Below, one piece after another: positions 16,424 to 26,650 of a DNA stretch of 64,000 bases. Below the pieces are notes generated by a model. That model was not told the origin of the DNA and ran no database searches. It worked only from the letters and a program-made list of their open reading frames with translations. Position 1 is the stretch's first letter; the number at the start of each line of letters is the position of its first letter. Origin of the DNA: Verrucomicrobia bacterium ADurb.Bin006 (GTDB lineage: Bacteria > Verrucomicrobiota > Verrucomicrobiia > Limisphaerales > J093); contig MWFF01000086.1 of NCBI GenBank assembly GCA_002071485.1, forward strand, positions 34,617 through 98,616, read 5' to 3'. Made by a program: the position numbers and the translations under genes.

Positions 16424-19327
16424 ATGTCGATGGTCCGCAGACAGTATCCGTTTCATCTCATCGAGCCTAAATGGCAGCGGTTTTGGGAAGAGCGACAGAG
16501 CTTTCGCGCGTGGAATCCGGGCGAGACCCTGCCGTCCGAACATCCTTTCGCCCGACGGCATGGACTCGGGGGGCGCCTGTCGAGCGCGGAGGAGATGCCG
16601 CCCAAGTACTTCATTCTGGACATGTTTCCGTATCCCTCGGGTGCGGGTCTGCACGTCGGCCATCCGGAAGGGTACACGGCCACGGACATTCTCGCGCGGT
16701 ACCGGCGGGCGCGGGGTTGGCACGTGTTGCATCCGATGGGGTGGGACGCCTTCGGCCTGCCGGCCGAGCAGTATGCGATTAAGACCGGGCAGCACCCGCG
16801 AATCACATCCAAGCGGAACATCGCCACCTTCAAGCGCCAGATCCAGGCGCTCGGCTTCAGTTACGACTGGTCGCGGGAGGTGGACACGACCGACCCGGGC
16901 TACTTTCGGTGGACGCAGTGGATTTTCCTGCAGCTCTACAACAGCTACTTCGATCCCGAGTGGAACAAGGCGACTCCGATCGCGCTCCTCGAGGACGCGC
17001 TGTCGGATGCGCCGCGGCGGGAATCGGAGTGGCGTGGCAACCCCTTCCTGAGCGGCACGCACAAGGCGTGGATCGAGATGCCGCCCGAGCAGAAATACGG
17101 GCTGAGGCGCCAGTTCCTCGATCGCTGGCGTCTGGCCTACGTGGCTGAGGCCCCGGTGTGGTGGTGCGAGGCGCTGGGGACCGTGTTGGCGAACGAGGAT
17201 GTCGTGGACGGCAAGAGCGAAGTGGGCGGCCATCCGGTGGTGCGCCGGCCGATGCGCCAGTGGATGCTTCGGATCACGGCGTATGCCGAGAGGTTGTTGG
17301 CCGATCTGGACACCATCGACTGGAGCCCGTCGCTCAAAGACATGCAGCGAAACTGGATCGGGCGGAGCGACGGCGCCGAAATCGACTTCGTCGTTGCCTC
17401 GTCGGGCGGCGAGGCATCGGACGGCGCCCCTCGAATCCGCGTGTTCACGACACGTCCGGACACGTTGTTTGGGGCGACGTACATGGTGTTGTCACCCGAG
17501 CACAAGCTGATGGACGAGATCACGACCCCGGCACAGCGCGAGGCGGTGCTCGAGTACAAGGCCCGCGCTGCCGCGAAGAGCGATCTGGATCGCACCGACT
17601 TGTCCAAGGAAAAGACCGGAGTGTTTACGGGCGGGCATGCCTTCAACCCGGCGACCGGTGAGCGCATCCCGATCTGGATTGCCGACTACGTGCTGGCCAG
17701 CTACGGGACAGGCGCCATCATGGCCGTGCCGGCGCACGACACCCGCGATTACGAGTTCGCGCGGAAGTTCAGTTTGCCGATTGTACAGGTGGTGGAGCCG
17801 CCCGCGGGGACGGACTGGCGGGGGTACGTGGACGACGGCGTGGCCGTGAACTCGGCGGCGGGGGATTTGAGCTTGAATGGGCTTCCGACGGCCCAGGCCA
17901 AGGCGCGGATGACGGAGTGGCTTGAAGCGAAGGGGCTCGGCGTCCGGACGGTGAACTACAAGCTGCGCGACTGGCTTTTCAGCCGCCAGCGCTACTGGGG
18001 CGAGCCCTTCCCGATCGTCTGGAGGCAGGACGCTTCCGGCAACTGGTTTCACGAGGCTTTGCCCGAATCGGCGCTGCCTGTGCTCCCCCCCGAGTTGGAC
18101 GACTACAAGCCGACTTCCGAGGGCGAGCCCCCGTTGGCCCGGGCCCGCGAGTGGGTTCACCTGGGAGAGGGCGTTCGGCGCGAGACCAACACGATGCCGC
18201 AGTGGGCGGGCAGTTGTTGGTATTACCTGCGCTTCCTGGACGCCCGCAACGACGCCGTGTTCGTCAGCCGGGCCGCGGAGCGGTACTGGATGGGAACAAG
18301 CGACGGCAGGCCGCGGAGCGTGGGTCCCGAATCCGACACGGACGCTTCCGGGTCGTCGTGCGCCGCTGCCGACGCCGCGCCGAGGCCGGGCGTGGACCTG
18401 TACGTGGGCGGGACGGAGCACGCGGTTTTGCATCTGCTTTACGCCCGTTTTTGGCACAAGGTGCTCTATGATCTCGGGCATGTGTCGACGCCCGAACCGT
18501 TCTATCGTCTGGTGAACCAGGGGCTCATCCTGGGCGAAGACGGCCAGAAAATGAGCAAGAGCCGGGGGAACGTCGTCAATCCGGACGCGATCCTGGACGA
18601 GTATGGGGCCGATGCGTTCCGTTTGTACGAGATGTTTATGGGGCCCCTGCAGGACAGCAAACCCTGGAGCACCAAGGGGGTTGAAGGCGTCTACCGCTTC
18701 CTGGGGCGCGTCTGGCGCCTGTTCATTGACGAGCGCAGCGAGACCGAGTTCGAACAGAATTGCGCGGCCGAGCCCAGACGCGCCGCGGAGCACCTCGAAG
18801 CGATCCGTCTGAGCCCGAAGATCGAAGAGGCGGCGCCCGCGCCGGCCCAACTGAAGGCGCTGCATGCGTGCATTCAGAAGGTGACTGAGGATCTCGATGG
18901 ACTGCGGTTCAACACCGCCATCTCGGCCATGATGGTGTTCGTGAACGAGGCGATGACATGGCCCAACAGGCCGGTCCCGGTGTTGCGCGATTTCCTGATC
19001 CTGCTGCAGCCTTTTGCGCCGCATTTGGCCGAGGAACTCGCCTCCAGACTTCCGCCGGCGGGCGAGTGGGGGGCGGAGGGTTTAGACTTGGCCTATCAGC
19101 CCTGGCCTCGGTTCGATCCGGCGCTGTTGATCGAGGAGACGCTCGAGATCCCCGTGCAAGTGAACGGGAAACTCCGCGACGTGGTGCGAGTGCCCGTGAC
19201 GGCGACAGCTCCGGAGTTCGAGCGGGCAGCCCTGGCGGCTCCCAAGGTGCAGCCCTTTATCGAGGGCAAGACGGTCAAGAAAGTGATCGTCGTGCCGAAG
19301 AAGCTGGTTAATATTGCGCTGGGTTGA
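16424..19327 (+). CDS. leuS: leucine--tRNA ligase
   Basis: The internal ATG at 16424 ([23 protein letters not shown]) is the true N-terminus. HIGH-type HVGHPEGY and KMSKS (QKMSKSRGN) are present. The 5' part of ORF 15140-19327 is antisense to the pilin-like gene. Confidence 0.96.
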   Translation: MSMVRRQYPFHLIEPKWQRFWEERQSFRAWNPGETLPSEHPFARRHGLGGRLSSAEEMPPKYFILDMFPYPSGAGLHVGHPEGYTATDILARYRRARGWHVLHPMGWDAFGLPAEQYAIKTGQHPRITSKRNIATFKRQIQALGFSYDWSREVDTTDPGYFRWTQWIFLQLYNSYFDPEWNKATPIALLEDALSDAPRRESEWRGNPFLSGTHKAWIEMPPEQKYGLRRQFLDRWRLAYVAEAPVWWCEALGTVLANEDVVDGKSEVGGHPVVRRPMRQWMLRITAYAERLLADLDTIDWSPSLKDMQRNWIGRSDGAEIDFVVASSGGEASDGAPRIRVFTTRPDTLFGATYMVLSPEHKLMDEITTPAQREAVLEYKARAAAKSDLDRTDLSKEKTGVFTGGHAFNPATGERIPIWIADYVLASYGTGAIMAVPAHDTRDYEFARKFSLPIVQVVEPPAGTDWRGYVDDGVAVNSAAGDLSLNGLPTAQAKARMTEWLEAKGLGVRTVNYKLRDWLFSRQRYWGEPFPIVWRQDASGNWFHEALPESALPVLPPELDDYKPTSEGEPPLARAREWVHLGEGVRRETNTMPQWAGSCWYYLRFLDARNDAVFVSRAAERYWMGTSDGRPRSVGPESDTDASGSSCAAADAAPRPGVDLYVGGTEHAVLHLLYARFWHKVLYDLGHVSTPEPFYRLVNQGLILGEDGQKMSKSRGNVVNPDAILDEYGADAFRLYEMFMGPLQDSKPWSTKGVEGVYRFLGRVWRLFIDERSETEFEQNCAAEPRRAAEHLEAIRLSPKIEEAAPAPAQLKALHACIQKVTEDLDGLRFNTAISAMMVFVNEAMTWPNRPVPVLRDFLILLQPFAPHLAEELASRLPPAGEWGAEGLDLAYQPWPRFDPALLIEETLEIPVQVNGKLRDVVRVPVTATAPEFERAALAAPKVQPFIEGKTVKKVIVVPKKLVNIALG

Positions 19328-19331
19328 GACT

Positions 19332-19523
19332 GTGATTCATTTGACCAAACAAGAGCAGACCGTGCTGTGGGTGGTGCTGGCGCTGTTGCTGACCGGCCTG
19401 GCCGTGAAGACGTATCGCGCAAAGTCCGCGGGTCGATCCGCGCCGGAGCCGGCCGCGATTCAGTCCGATTCCCTCCACAACCCACCTGACAGCGTTGGAG
19501 ACTATGCGGACAGAGAACATTGA
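19332..19523 (+). CDS. small single-TM hypothetical protein
   Basis: A GTG at 19332 gives (M)IHLTKQEQTVLWVVLALLLTGLAVKTYR.... One hydrophobic helix. Overlaps the next gene by 29 nt. Confidence 0.4.
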   Translation: MIHLTKQEQTVLWVVLALLLTGLAVKTYRAKSAGRSAPEPAAIQSDSLHNPPDSVGDYADREH

Positions 19524-19920
19524 CGAGATTCTGGATCGGGTGACCGCGACGGACCCGCGCTATCGGCGGGAGGCATATCACTTTCTGCGCGAGGCGTTGG
19601 ACTATACCCAACGGGCCATCAGCAAGTCGAACCGGGGCAAGCTGCGGCACATCACCGGGCAGGAGTTGCTGGCGGGCATCCGGGCCTACGCCCTGGCGCA
19701 ATACGGGCCGATGGCCCTGACCCTGTTTCACGAGTGGGGCGTGCGCTCGTGCGCCGATTTCGGCGAATTGGTGTTCAACCTGGTCGACCAGAACGTCCTC
19801 GGGAAGACCGAGACGGACAGCCGGGCGGATTTTCTGGACGGCTACGATTTTGAAGAGGCGTTCCTCAAGCCGTTCCGTCCTCGCTCCCGCCCGGGCTCTC
19901 GCGTTTCGCCGCGGTCCTAA
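19495..19920 (+). CDS. Minf_1886-family protein (Verrucomicrobia/Planctomycetes-restricted conserved hypothetical)
   Basis: DPRYRREAYHFLREALDYT...HITGQELLAGIRAYALAQYGPMALTLFHEWGV...FGELVFNLV pattern, recalled from family TIGR04138. Confidence 0.7.
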   Translation: METMRTENIDEILDRVTATDPRYRREAYHFLREALDYTQRAISKSNRGKLRHITGQELLAGIRAYALAQYGPMALTLFHEWGVRSCADFGELVFNLVDQNVLGKTETDSRADFLDGYDFEEAFLKPFRPRSRPGSRVSPRS

Positions 19921-20178
19921 CCCGCATCTTTCACACTCCGTCATGCACATGGCGATCGGATTTCGCAAGATGTCTGCTAGGCGGGTTCGAAGAACAAAAC
20001 CGCACCAGGTTCGAGAGGCATGAAAATGAACACACTGTTCTTATGGCAGGACGGTTTCAGAACTGAGAGGCGGCTCTGGATTCTCTTTCCAGGCGCGGTT
20101 TTGCCAGAGCCCGGATATGAGACTCCGCGAAGCCTTATGAAATATCCGGACTAAGGCGACCGCGCCGCCCTCCATGAC

Positions 20179-22764
20179 ATGACGGTCCCTGCTCAGCATT
20201 TCCACCCGTCCGCCGAGCCCGCGCTCGAGATTCCGCTGCTGCCCGATGGCGTTCAACTGCGGACGTTGTCCAACGGGCTTGTGGTGATCGTGCGCGAGGA
20301 TTTCAGCGCTCCTGTGGTGGCGGCGCAGGCCTGGTGCAAGGCCGGCAGCATCGACGAGGGGCGATGGCTGGGCGCCGGGCTCTCACACGTGCTCGAGCAC
20401 ATGCTTTTCAAGGGGACCACCACCCGGCAGGTGGGGCGGATCGACCAGGAAGTGCAGGCGGCGGGCGGCAGTCTCAATGCGTTCACGTCTTTCGACCGAA
20501 CGGTGTACTGGATTAACACGCCCGACAGCGGGTCGGCCGTCGCGCTCGATATTCTGTGCGACATCATGCAGAACGCCAGCCTGCCCGGGAGCGAACTCGA
20601 GAAGGAGATGGAGGTCATCCGGCGCGAGATGGACATGTGCCATGACGATCCGGGCCGGCGCGCGAGCCAGCGGCTGTTCGAGACGGCGTACACGCACAGC
20701 CCGTACCGCTACGCGGTCATTGGCCACCCCGACATCTTCAGCCGCCTGCAACGCGATGATGTGGTCGCCTACTACCGCGAGAAGTATGCGCCAAACAACC
20801 TCTTTGTCGTGGTGGTCGGCGCGGTCGAGGCCGACGCGGTCTTCAGCCGGGTCGAAGCCGGTTTCGCGGCGTCCAAGGCCCGGCCTCTTCCCGTCGCGCC
20901 TTTCCCGATCGAGCCGCGGCAGGTGGCGCCGCGCGAGGTGATCGAGGAGGCGCCGATTGAACTGGGCCATGCGCATTGGAGCTGGCATGTCCCCGATGTC
21001 CGGCATCCGGATGTGCCGCTGCTGGACGTTCTGGCGACTCTTCTGGGCAGCGGGCGCAGTTCCCGGTTGTTCCAGGCGGTGCGGGAGCGCCAGGGCCTGG
21101 TCACGTCGGTCGACGCCTGGACCTACAGCCCGGGCAAGGCCGGGCTGCTGGGCGTCAGCGCCACGGTCGAAGGCGCCAAGTTCGCAGCGGCGCGCGAGGC
21201 GGTCCTGAGCGAGATCGAGCGGGTGCGCGCGGAGGAGGTCAGCGAGGTCGAGCTGGCCAAGGCGGTCAAGCAATTCACCGCGGCGTTTCTGGCGACGCGC
21301 AAGACGATGCAAGGCCAGGCCCAGGATCTGGGTGGGAACTGGATTGCGACGGGAGATTTGAGTTTTTCGGAGCGCTATCTGCGGGCGGTGAAGGGGGCGA
21401 CCCCGAGCGAGGTGCGGCGGGTGGCTCGCGCGTATCTGACGACCGAGAACCGCTCTCAATACGCCCTGTTGCCGGCGTGCGCCAGGAGCGCGGCGGCGGT
21501 CGCCATCGTCCGGCGCGAGACCGAGCCGGTCCGGCTGTTCACCCTGGGCAACGGGCTGCGTCTGCTGGTCAAGGAGGATCGACGTCTGCCGTTTGTCGAG
21601 ATTCGCATGGTTTTGGGCGGCGGAGTTCTGGCGGAGACGCCGGCTCGAAACGGCATCACCCAGTTGTTCACGCGCATGCTCATGCAAGGGACCGAACTGC
21701 GCGACGCGGTCCGGGTGGCGAGTGAAATCGAGTCGGTCGGCGGCCATCTCGACACGTACGGCGGACACAACAGTTTCGGGATCACGGCGGAGGTGCTTCG
21801 GGAGGATTTGGCCTTGGGACTCGAACTGACGGCCGATGTGCTGTTGCGTCCGGCGCTGCCTCTGGAAGCCCTGGAACGGGAGCGCCAGAACCAGATTGCC
21901 GCAATTCGGGCTCGCGGAGATCACGTGCTTCAGAGCGCCTTTCGCGCGATGCGGCGCGCGATGTTTGGCGTGGAGGGATACGGCCTGGACCTGCTCGGCG
22001 AAGAGGAGAGCGTGGGGCGGCTCGGTGTCGAGCCGTTGCGGGACTTTCACCGGCGCTTGGTGGCGCCCCGCAATGCGGTGTTGGCTGTCTACGGCGACAT
22101 CGATGCCGAGGAGGTCCAGGCGCGGGCTGAAGCGGTGCTCGGCCTGTGGACCGGGGAAGGGCCGGGTCCGAGTGGGGCCAGGGGAGCGCCCGACACGCTG
22201 GGCACCGGGCCGGTGCGCGTCGAGGAAATCCGCGACAAGAAGCAGGCCGTGGTGGTGGCGGCCTTTCCCGGGGGCACGCTGTTTGATGCGGATCGGTTTG
22301 CGCTCGAAGTGTTGCAGGAGGTCTGCAGCGATCTGGGGTCGCGGCTTTTTCTGCGCATTCGCGAGAAGCTCGGTTTGGCCTACTATGTCGGCGCCCAGAA
22401 CTTCCTCGGGTTGGCGCCGGGTTACTTCGCGTTCTATGCGGGCACCGCGCCCGACGCGGCGGCCCGCGTCGAGGCCGAACTCCTGGACGAGGCGGCGCTG
22501 CTGCGCGCCGAAGGGGTGTCCGAGGATGAACTCGACCGGGCCAAGGCGAAGATCATCGGCCAGAAGAAGATTGCGCGCCAGGATGTGGGCGGGTGCGCGC
22601 TGGCGGCTGCCCTGGATGAGTTGTTCGGGCTGGGCTACGCCTACAGCGACACGGAGGACGCGCAGTACGAGGCCGTGACTCGAGACCAGGTGCAGGCGGC
22701 GGCCGTGCGACATCTCACCCCGGATCGGCACGTCATCGCTGTCGTCAAACCCAACAGAGCGTGA
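20179..22764 (+). CDS. two-module M16 (pitrilysin/insulinase) family zinc peptidase
   Basis: HXXEH inverted zinc motif (SHVLEHMLFKGT) in the first half. The second half is an M16 repeat without the motif. 861 aa. Confidence 0.9.
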   Translation: MTVPAQHFHPSAEPALEIPLLPDGVQLRTLSNGLVVIVREDFSAPVVAAQAWCKAGSIDEGRWLGAGLSHVLEHMLFKGTTTRQVGRIDQEVQAAGGSLNAFTSFDRTVYWINTPDSGSAVALDILCDIMQNASLPGSELEKEMEVIRREMDMCHDDPGRRASQRLFETAYTHSPYRYAVIGHPDIFSRLQRDDVVAYYREKYAPNNLFVVVVGAVEADAVFSRVEAGFAASKARPLPVAPFPIEPRQVAPREVIEEAPIELGHAHWSWHVPDVRHPDVPLLDVLATLLGSGRSSRLFQAVRERQGLVTSVDAWTYSPGKAGLLGVSATVEGAKFAAAREAVLSEIERVRAEEVSEVELAKAVKQFTAAFLATRKTMQGQAQDLGGNWIATGDLSFSERYLRAVKGATPSEVRRVARAYLTTENRSQYALLPACARSAAAVAIVRRETEPVRLFTLGNGLRLLVKEDRRLPFVEIRMVLGGGVLAETPARNGITQLFTRMLMQGTELRDAVRVASEIESVGGHLDTYGGHNSFGITAEVLREDLALGLELTADVLLRPALPLEALERERQNQIAAIRARGDHVLQSAFRAMRRAMFGVEGYGLDLLGEEESVGRLGVEPLRDFHRRLVAPRNAVLAVYGDIDAEEVQARAEAVLGLWTGEGPGPSGARGAPDTLGTGPVRVEEIRDKKQAVVVAAFPGGTLFDADRFALEVLQEVCSDLGSRLFLRIREKLGLAYYVGAQNFLGLAPGYFAFYAGTAPDAAARVEAELLDEAALLRAEGVSEDELDRAKAKIIGQKKIARQDVGGCALAAALDELFGLGYAYSDTEDAQYEAVTRDQVQAAAVRHLTPDRHVIAVVKPNRA

Positions 22765-22776
22765 GAGTGCGGGACG

Positions 22777-23943
22777 ATGAAATCCCACCGCCATTCTGCA
22801 TTGGGCGCGGATGGGCCGAGCCCGGCGCGTCTGGACGTGGAGGCCGCGGGGGAGTGGAGTCTGGTGGTCCGGCTTTCGGGCGACTGGCTCCTGAGCTCGG
22901 ACGTGCCGGCTTTCACCGAAATCGAACGGTCGATCCGTGCGGGCTCGGCGCGGCGATTGGGGTTCGAGACGGCTGCGCTGGGGCGCTGGAACAGCGCATT
23001 GATGGTTTTTCTGTCGAAGTGCACGGACCTGTGCCGGGACCGCGGGATCGAGATGGACACGTCGGGTTTGCCGCCGGGGGCGGCTAATCTGCTGCGGCTG
23101 GCCCGGACGGCTGCAGACAAACGTGCGCCTGCCTCCGGGGCGCGCTCTGCGACCTGGCTGGAACGGGTGGGCGAGGGGGTGCTGGCGTTCGCGGGCGGCG
23201 CGGGTGGTTTTCTGACATTCCTGGGCGAATGCGTGGTTGCTCTGTTTAGGTTGTTGCGCGGGCGGGCGCAGTTCAGGTGGTCGGACACGTTCCTGGTCAT
23301 GCAGGAGTGCGGTCCACAAGCTCTGGGCATTGTCGCCCTGATCAATTTCATCGTCGGGCTGATCCTCGCCTTCGTCGGCACTCTGCAACTGGCGCGGTTC
23401 GGCGCCACGATTTACAGCGCCGATCTCGTGGCCATTGCGACGGTTCGTGAGATGGCATGCCTGATGACCGGCGTCATCATGTGCGGGCGCACCGGCGCGG
23501 CCTTCGCCGCGCAGTTGGGCACCATGCGGGTGAATCAGGAGATCGACGCGTTTCAGGCCTGCGGAATTTCGCCGATCGAGTTTCTGGTCCTGCCGCGGCT
23601 GATGGCTTTGATCCTGATGATGCCGCTGCTGTGCGTGTTCGCCGCTGCAATTGCGATTGCCGGCGGCTTTGCGGTATCGACCCTGATGCTGGACGTGACG
23701 CCGACCGTTTATGTGCGTCGGACAATCGGCGCCGTCACTCTCGTCTCGTTTCTGCTGGGCCTTGGGAAGGGGACGATCTTCGGCGTGCTGGTGGCGTTGA
23801 CCGGATGCCACCGCGGCATTCAGTGCGGGACCAATGCGGCCGCGGTCGGTCGGGCGACCACAACGGCCGTGGTGACCGGCATCACTGCGATTATTGTGTC
23901 GGACGGCGTGTTTGCGGTGGTCTGCAGCGCCCTCAACATCTAG
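22777..23943 (+). CDS. mlaE: MlaE-family ABC permease with an N-terminal STAS/MlaB-like domain
   Basis: The C-terminal ~260 aa are multi-TM with the MlaE pattern (QLARFGA...VREMACLMTGVIMCGRTGAAFAAQLGTMRVNQEIDA). The N-terminal ~120 aa are soluble and STAS-like. Confidence 0.85.
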   Translation: MKSHRHSALGADGPSPARLDVEAAGEWSLVVRLSGDWLLSSDVPAFTEIERSIRAGSARRLGFETAALGRWNSALMVFLSKCTDLCRDRGIEMDTSGLPPGAANLLRLARTAADKRAPASGARSATWLERVGEGVLAFAGGAGGFLTFLGECVVALFRLLRGRAQFRWSDTFLVMQECGPQALGIVALINFIVGLILAFVGTLQLARFGATIYSADLVAIATVREMACLMTGVIMCGRTGAAFAAQLGTMRVNQEIDAFQACGISPIEFLVLPRLMALILMMPLLCVFAAAIAIAGGFAVSTLMLDVTPTVYVRRTIGAVTLVSFLLGLGKGTIFGVLVALTGCHRGIQCGTNAAAVGRATTTAVVTGITAIIVSDGVFAVVCSALNI

Positions 23944-23972
23944 CCTCGCGTCCCGTGACATCGCATCCGAAC

Positions 23973-24782
23973 ATGCCCGCGCGCGTCGACAAGATCGAGA
24001 TCCGGGATGTGACGCTCGCCTACGGTTCGTTTGTGGTGCTGCGCGACATCCGGGCGCGGATTCGGTCGGGTGCGGTGTTCGTGATCATGGGGGGCAGCGG
24101 CTGCGGCAAGAGCACGCTCTTGCAGGCACTGATCGGGCTGCGCGCGCCGACGGACGGCGAGGTTCTCTACGACGGCATCCCGTTCTGGGGCTCCGGGCCT
24201 GAAGCCCGGCAGGAGCGGCTGCGGTCCTTTGGCGTGTTGTTCCAGAATGGCGCCCTCTGGAGTTCGATGACATTGGCCGAGAACATCGGGCTGGTGCTGG
24301 GCGAGTTCACCGACCTGACGCCCCCCGAAATCCGGGACCTGTCCCGGTTCAAATTGTCCCTGGTGGGGCTGCGCGGCTTCGAGGACTTTTATCCGTCTCA
24401 AGTGTCCGGCGGCATGGCCAAACGCGCCGCACTGGCGCGCGCCCTCGCTTTGGATCCGGACATCCTCTTTCTCGACGAGCCCTCCGCGGGGCTCGATCCG
24501 ATCACGTCTCGGAAGCTGGACGAGCTGATTCTTCAGTTGCGCGACAGCCTGGGGGCGACCTTTGTGGTCGTGACACACGAACTCGCCAGCATCTTCGCCA
24601 TCGCCGACGAATGCCTTTTTCTGGACGGGTCCACCCGGACGATGCGCGCGCAGGGATCGCCGCGCGCGTTGTTGGAGAGGGCGGACGATCCGGGGGTGCG
24701 CGCCTTTCTCACGCGCGGCGCGTCCGGCATGGAGCCAACCGACCCGGCGCACGCGGCGTTGGGCAATCTCACGAAGGAATGA
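23973..24782 (+). CDS. mlaF: MlaF-like ABC transporter ATP-binding protein
   Basis: ATG at 23973. Walker A GGSGCGKST, signature VSGGMAKRAALARAL, Walker B ILFLDEP. Confidence 0.92.
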   Translation: MPARVDKIEIRDVTLAYGSFVVLRDIRARIRSGAVFVIMGGSGCGKSTLLQALIGLRAPTDGEVLYDGIPFWGSGPEARQERLRSFGVLFQNGALWSSMTLAENIGLVLGEFTDLTPPEIRDLSRFKLSLVGLRGFEDFYPSQVSGGMAKRAALARALALDPDILFLDEPSAGLDPITSRKLDELILQLRDSLGATFVVVTHELASIFAIADECLFLDGSTRTMRAQGSPRALLERADDPGVRAFLTRGASGMEPTDPAHAALGNLTKE

Positions 24783-25786
24783 GCACTCGAGTCAAGCCTG
24801 CAACCATTGGGGTCTTCGTCGTCTGCGGCCTGGCGCTTGCGGTGGCGGGGGTGGTCATGTCCAGCTCCTCGAGATGGTTTTCGCGCACCGAGGAATGCAT
24901 CGCCTATTTCGACGGCTCGCTCAACGGACTGGACAACGGGGCGCCGGTCAAGTACCGCGGTGTGCCGATCGGATACGTCAAACGGGTGATGGCGCGGTAC
25001 AACCAGGCGCCGGCGGACAACGCCATGCCTGTGCTCATGGAAATCCAAGAGCGGCTGATTGTCGACCGCCTCGGCCCGAAGGCCGCCGCGCGTGTCCCGT
25101 CGGGACTTTCTGCGTGGTTGACGGAGAATACCCGGGCCACGCTCGAGGCTGAGAGCCTCCTGACCGGCGTGCTCTACGTGAATATCGAAGCCAAGTCAAA
25201 TCCTGCCCCGCCCGTGTTCCACCAACTTGATGCGATCTACCCGGAGATCCCAACCGAACCGACCCGCATCCAGCAAATCATCGCCCAGTTGACAAAGGTC
25301 GATCTGGCCGGCCTGGCCGATCGCCTCACCGCCCTCATCACTCGCCTGGACAGCAAGCTGGGTGAGATCAAGACCGCGGAGATCAGCGATGGACTGACCA
25401 ATCTGATCGCGTCGCTCGATGGCTTCATCAATTCGCCGGAACTTTCGAACACCCTGGCATCGGCGCGTGCGACTCTGGACGAATACCGGTCTGTCGGAAG
25501 CCGGGTGGGCGCCCGGATTGACCCGTTGGCGGATGGGCTTCATGAGACCCTCGCACAGTCGCAGAAAACGCTGGCCGATATCCGAGGCGCCGCCGCGAAT
25601 CTCGAGATGGTCCTGGGCGGCAACGCCCCGCTCTGGCATGACCTTGGCCTCGCGCTCGACCAACTGGCGGCCGCAGCCCAGTCCATTTCCGGGCTGGCCG
25701 ACTTCCTCAAGGCCCATCCGAACGCCCTCATCAGCGGGCGCCGCACCCCTCGAGGCTCTCTCGATCACGGGAGGGCCGCGGATTGA
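24779..25786 (+). CDS. mlaD: MlaD/MCE-domain substrate-binding protein
   Basis: The ATG at 24779 overlaps the mlaF stop (ATGA). N-terminal TM segment, then the MCE core GAPVKYRGVPIGYVKRV and a long helical C-terminal region. Confidence 0.85.
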   Translation: MSTRVKPATIGVFVVCGLALAVAGVVMSSSSRWFSRTEECIAYFDGSLNGLDNGAPVKYRGVPIGYVKRVMARYNQAPADNAMPVLMEIQERLIVDRLGPKAAARVPSGLSAWLTENTRATLEAESLLTGVLYVNIEAKSNPAPPVFHQLDAIYPEIPTEPTRIQQIIAQLTKVDLAGLADRLTALITRLDSKLGEIKTAEISDGLTNLIASLDGFINSPELSNTLASARATLDEYRSVGSRVGARIDPLADGLHETLAQSQKTLADIRGAAANLEMVLGGNAPLWHDLGLALDQLAAAAQSISGLADFLKAHPNALISGRRTPRGSLDHGRAAD

Positions 25787-25896
25787 CCGTGGATGGAACG
25801 CGGAGCTCGCCCCTCCGAATCCGGTCCCTCCGAGAACCTTTGGTCCCCCTGCACATGAATTCCTTGAATGTCATCGCGCCCCGTGAAGCGGGAAAG

Positions 25897-26571
25897 ATGC
25901 GCACGTTCGCACGCCGTTCGATCTCGTCCGGGCTGACCCTGGCGCTCTGTCTTGGATTGACCGGCTGCTCAGCCCTCAAGCCGGTCGAGGTCGAGGAACG
26001 GCACTTCGTTCTGAGCCCCTTGCCGGGCGAGGCGCCGGCTGCGGCCGGATCCGTGTCGGCTCGGGGTCGGGCGGTGGGTGTGAGGCCGCTGCGCGTCGCG
26101 GCCTACCTGTTGCGGGATGCGTTCGTTGTGCGTCGGGGCCGCCATGAAATCCAGTACCTCGAGTCGATGCGCTGGGCCGAACGCGTGGACAGAGGGGTGC
26201 AGCGCGTGTTCGAGGCGGACCTGGGCATGTTGCTTCCCGATGCCGTGATTCGCTCAACATCCTGGAGGCCCGGCGATGTCGCGGTCGAGGCGGACATCCA
26301 GTTGGAGCAGTTCGATGTGGACTCGGCCGGCAACGGCGTGTTGGAGGCCGCCTGGCGCATCGTCGCGCACGATCGGGAGGGCGCCGTGCGGTGTGGTCGG
26401 AGCCGCCATACGGCATCGGGACCGCAGCCATCTGCCGATCCGGACGGCGCGGTGGGGACATTGAGCCTGTTGATTGGCGCTCTGAGCCGTGATGTGGCGG
26501 GGGCTGTGCTCGGCCAGACCCGGATCGAACCGGAGGGTGCGGGGCGCCCCGGGCGAGCGGATCACCCCTGA
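25897..26571 (+). CDS. ABC-type transport auxiliary lipoprotein (PqiC/DUF330-like)
   Basis: The ATG at 25897 gives a lipobox (LALCLGLTGCSAL). Its position directly after an MCE gene and its ~220-aa size fit the family. Confidence 0.65.
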   Translation: MRTFARRSISSGLTLALCLGLTGCSALKPVEVEERHFVLSPLPGEAPAAAGSVSARGRAVGVRPLRVAAYLLRDAFVVRRGRHEIQYLESMRWAERVDRGVQRVFEADLGMLLPDAVIRSTSWRPGDVAVEADIQLEQFDVDSAGNGVLEAAWRIVAHDREGAVRCGRSRHTASGPQPSADPDGAVGTLSLLIGALSRDVAGAVLGQTRIEPEGAGRPGRADHP

Positions 26572-26650
26572 ATCCGTCCGCCGCGGCCCTCGTCTACAAA
26601 GAGCATTTGCATCGCGGCAGCGGCAGACTAGTGTTGACGCTCTGATTGTC

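Noticed and set aside
19975-20030. GGTTCGAAG and GGTTCGAGAGG strings resembling tRNA T-arm sequences in the lower-GC gap before the M16 gene
   Set aside because: I could not build an acceptor stem, a D-arm or an anticodon arm around them, and the T-loop consensus (GGTTCGAATCC-like with a matching stem) is not met. An 8-bp hairpin (CCGGATAT / ATATCCGG, 20111-20149) is present, but on its own it is not diagnostic.
20041-20256. 71-aa minus-strand ORF overlapping the M16 peptidase start
   Set aside because: It overlaps the well-supported plus-strand gene and a low-GC intergenic stretch, and shows no family resemblance.
20383-23961. 1192-aa minus-strand ORF, the longest non-annotated ORF in the window
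   Set aside because: It runs antisense to the M16 peptidase and to STAS-MlaE, both of which have clear family motifs on the plus strand. Its translation is Arg/Gly/Pro/Ala-rich with no recognisable domain. This is the typical stop-poor antisense frame of high-GC DNA.
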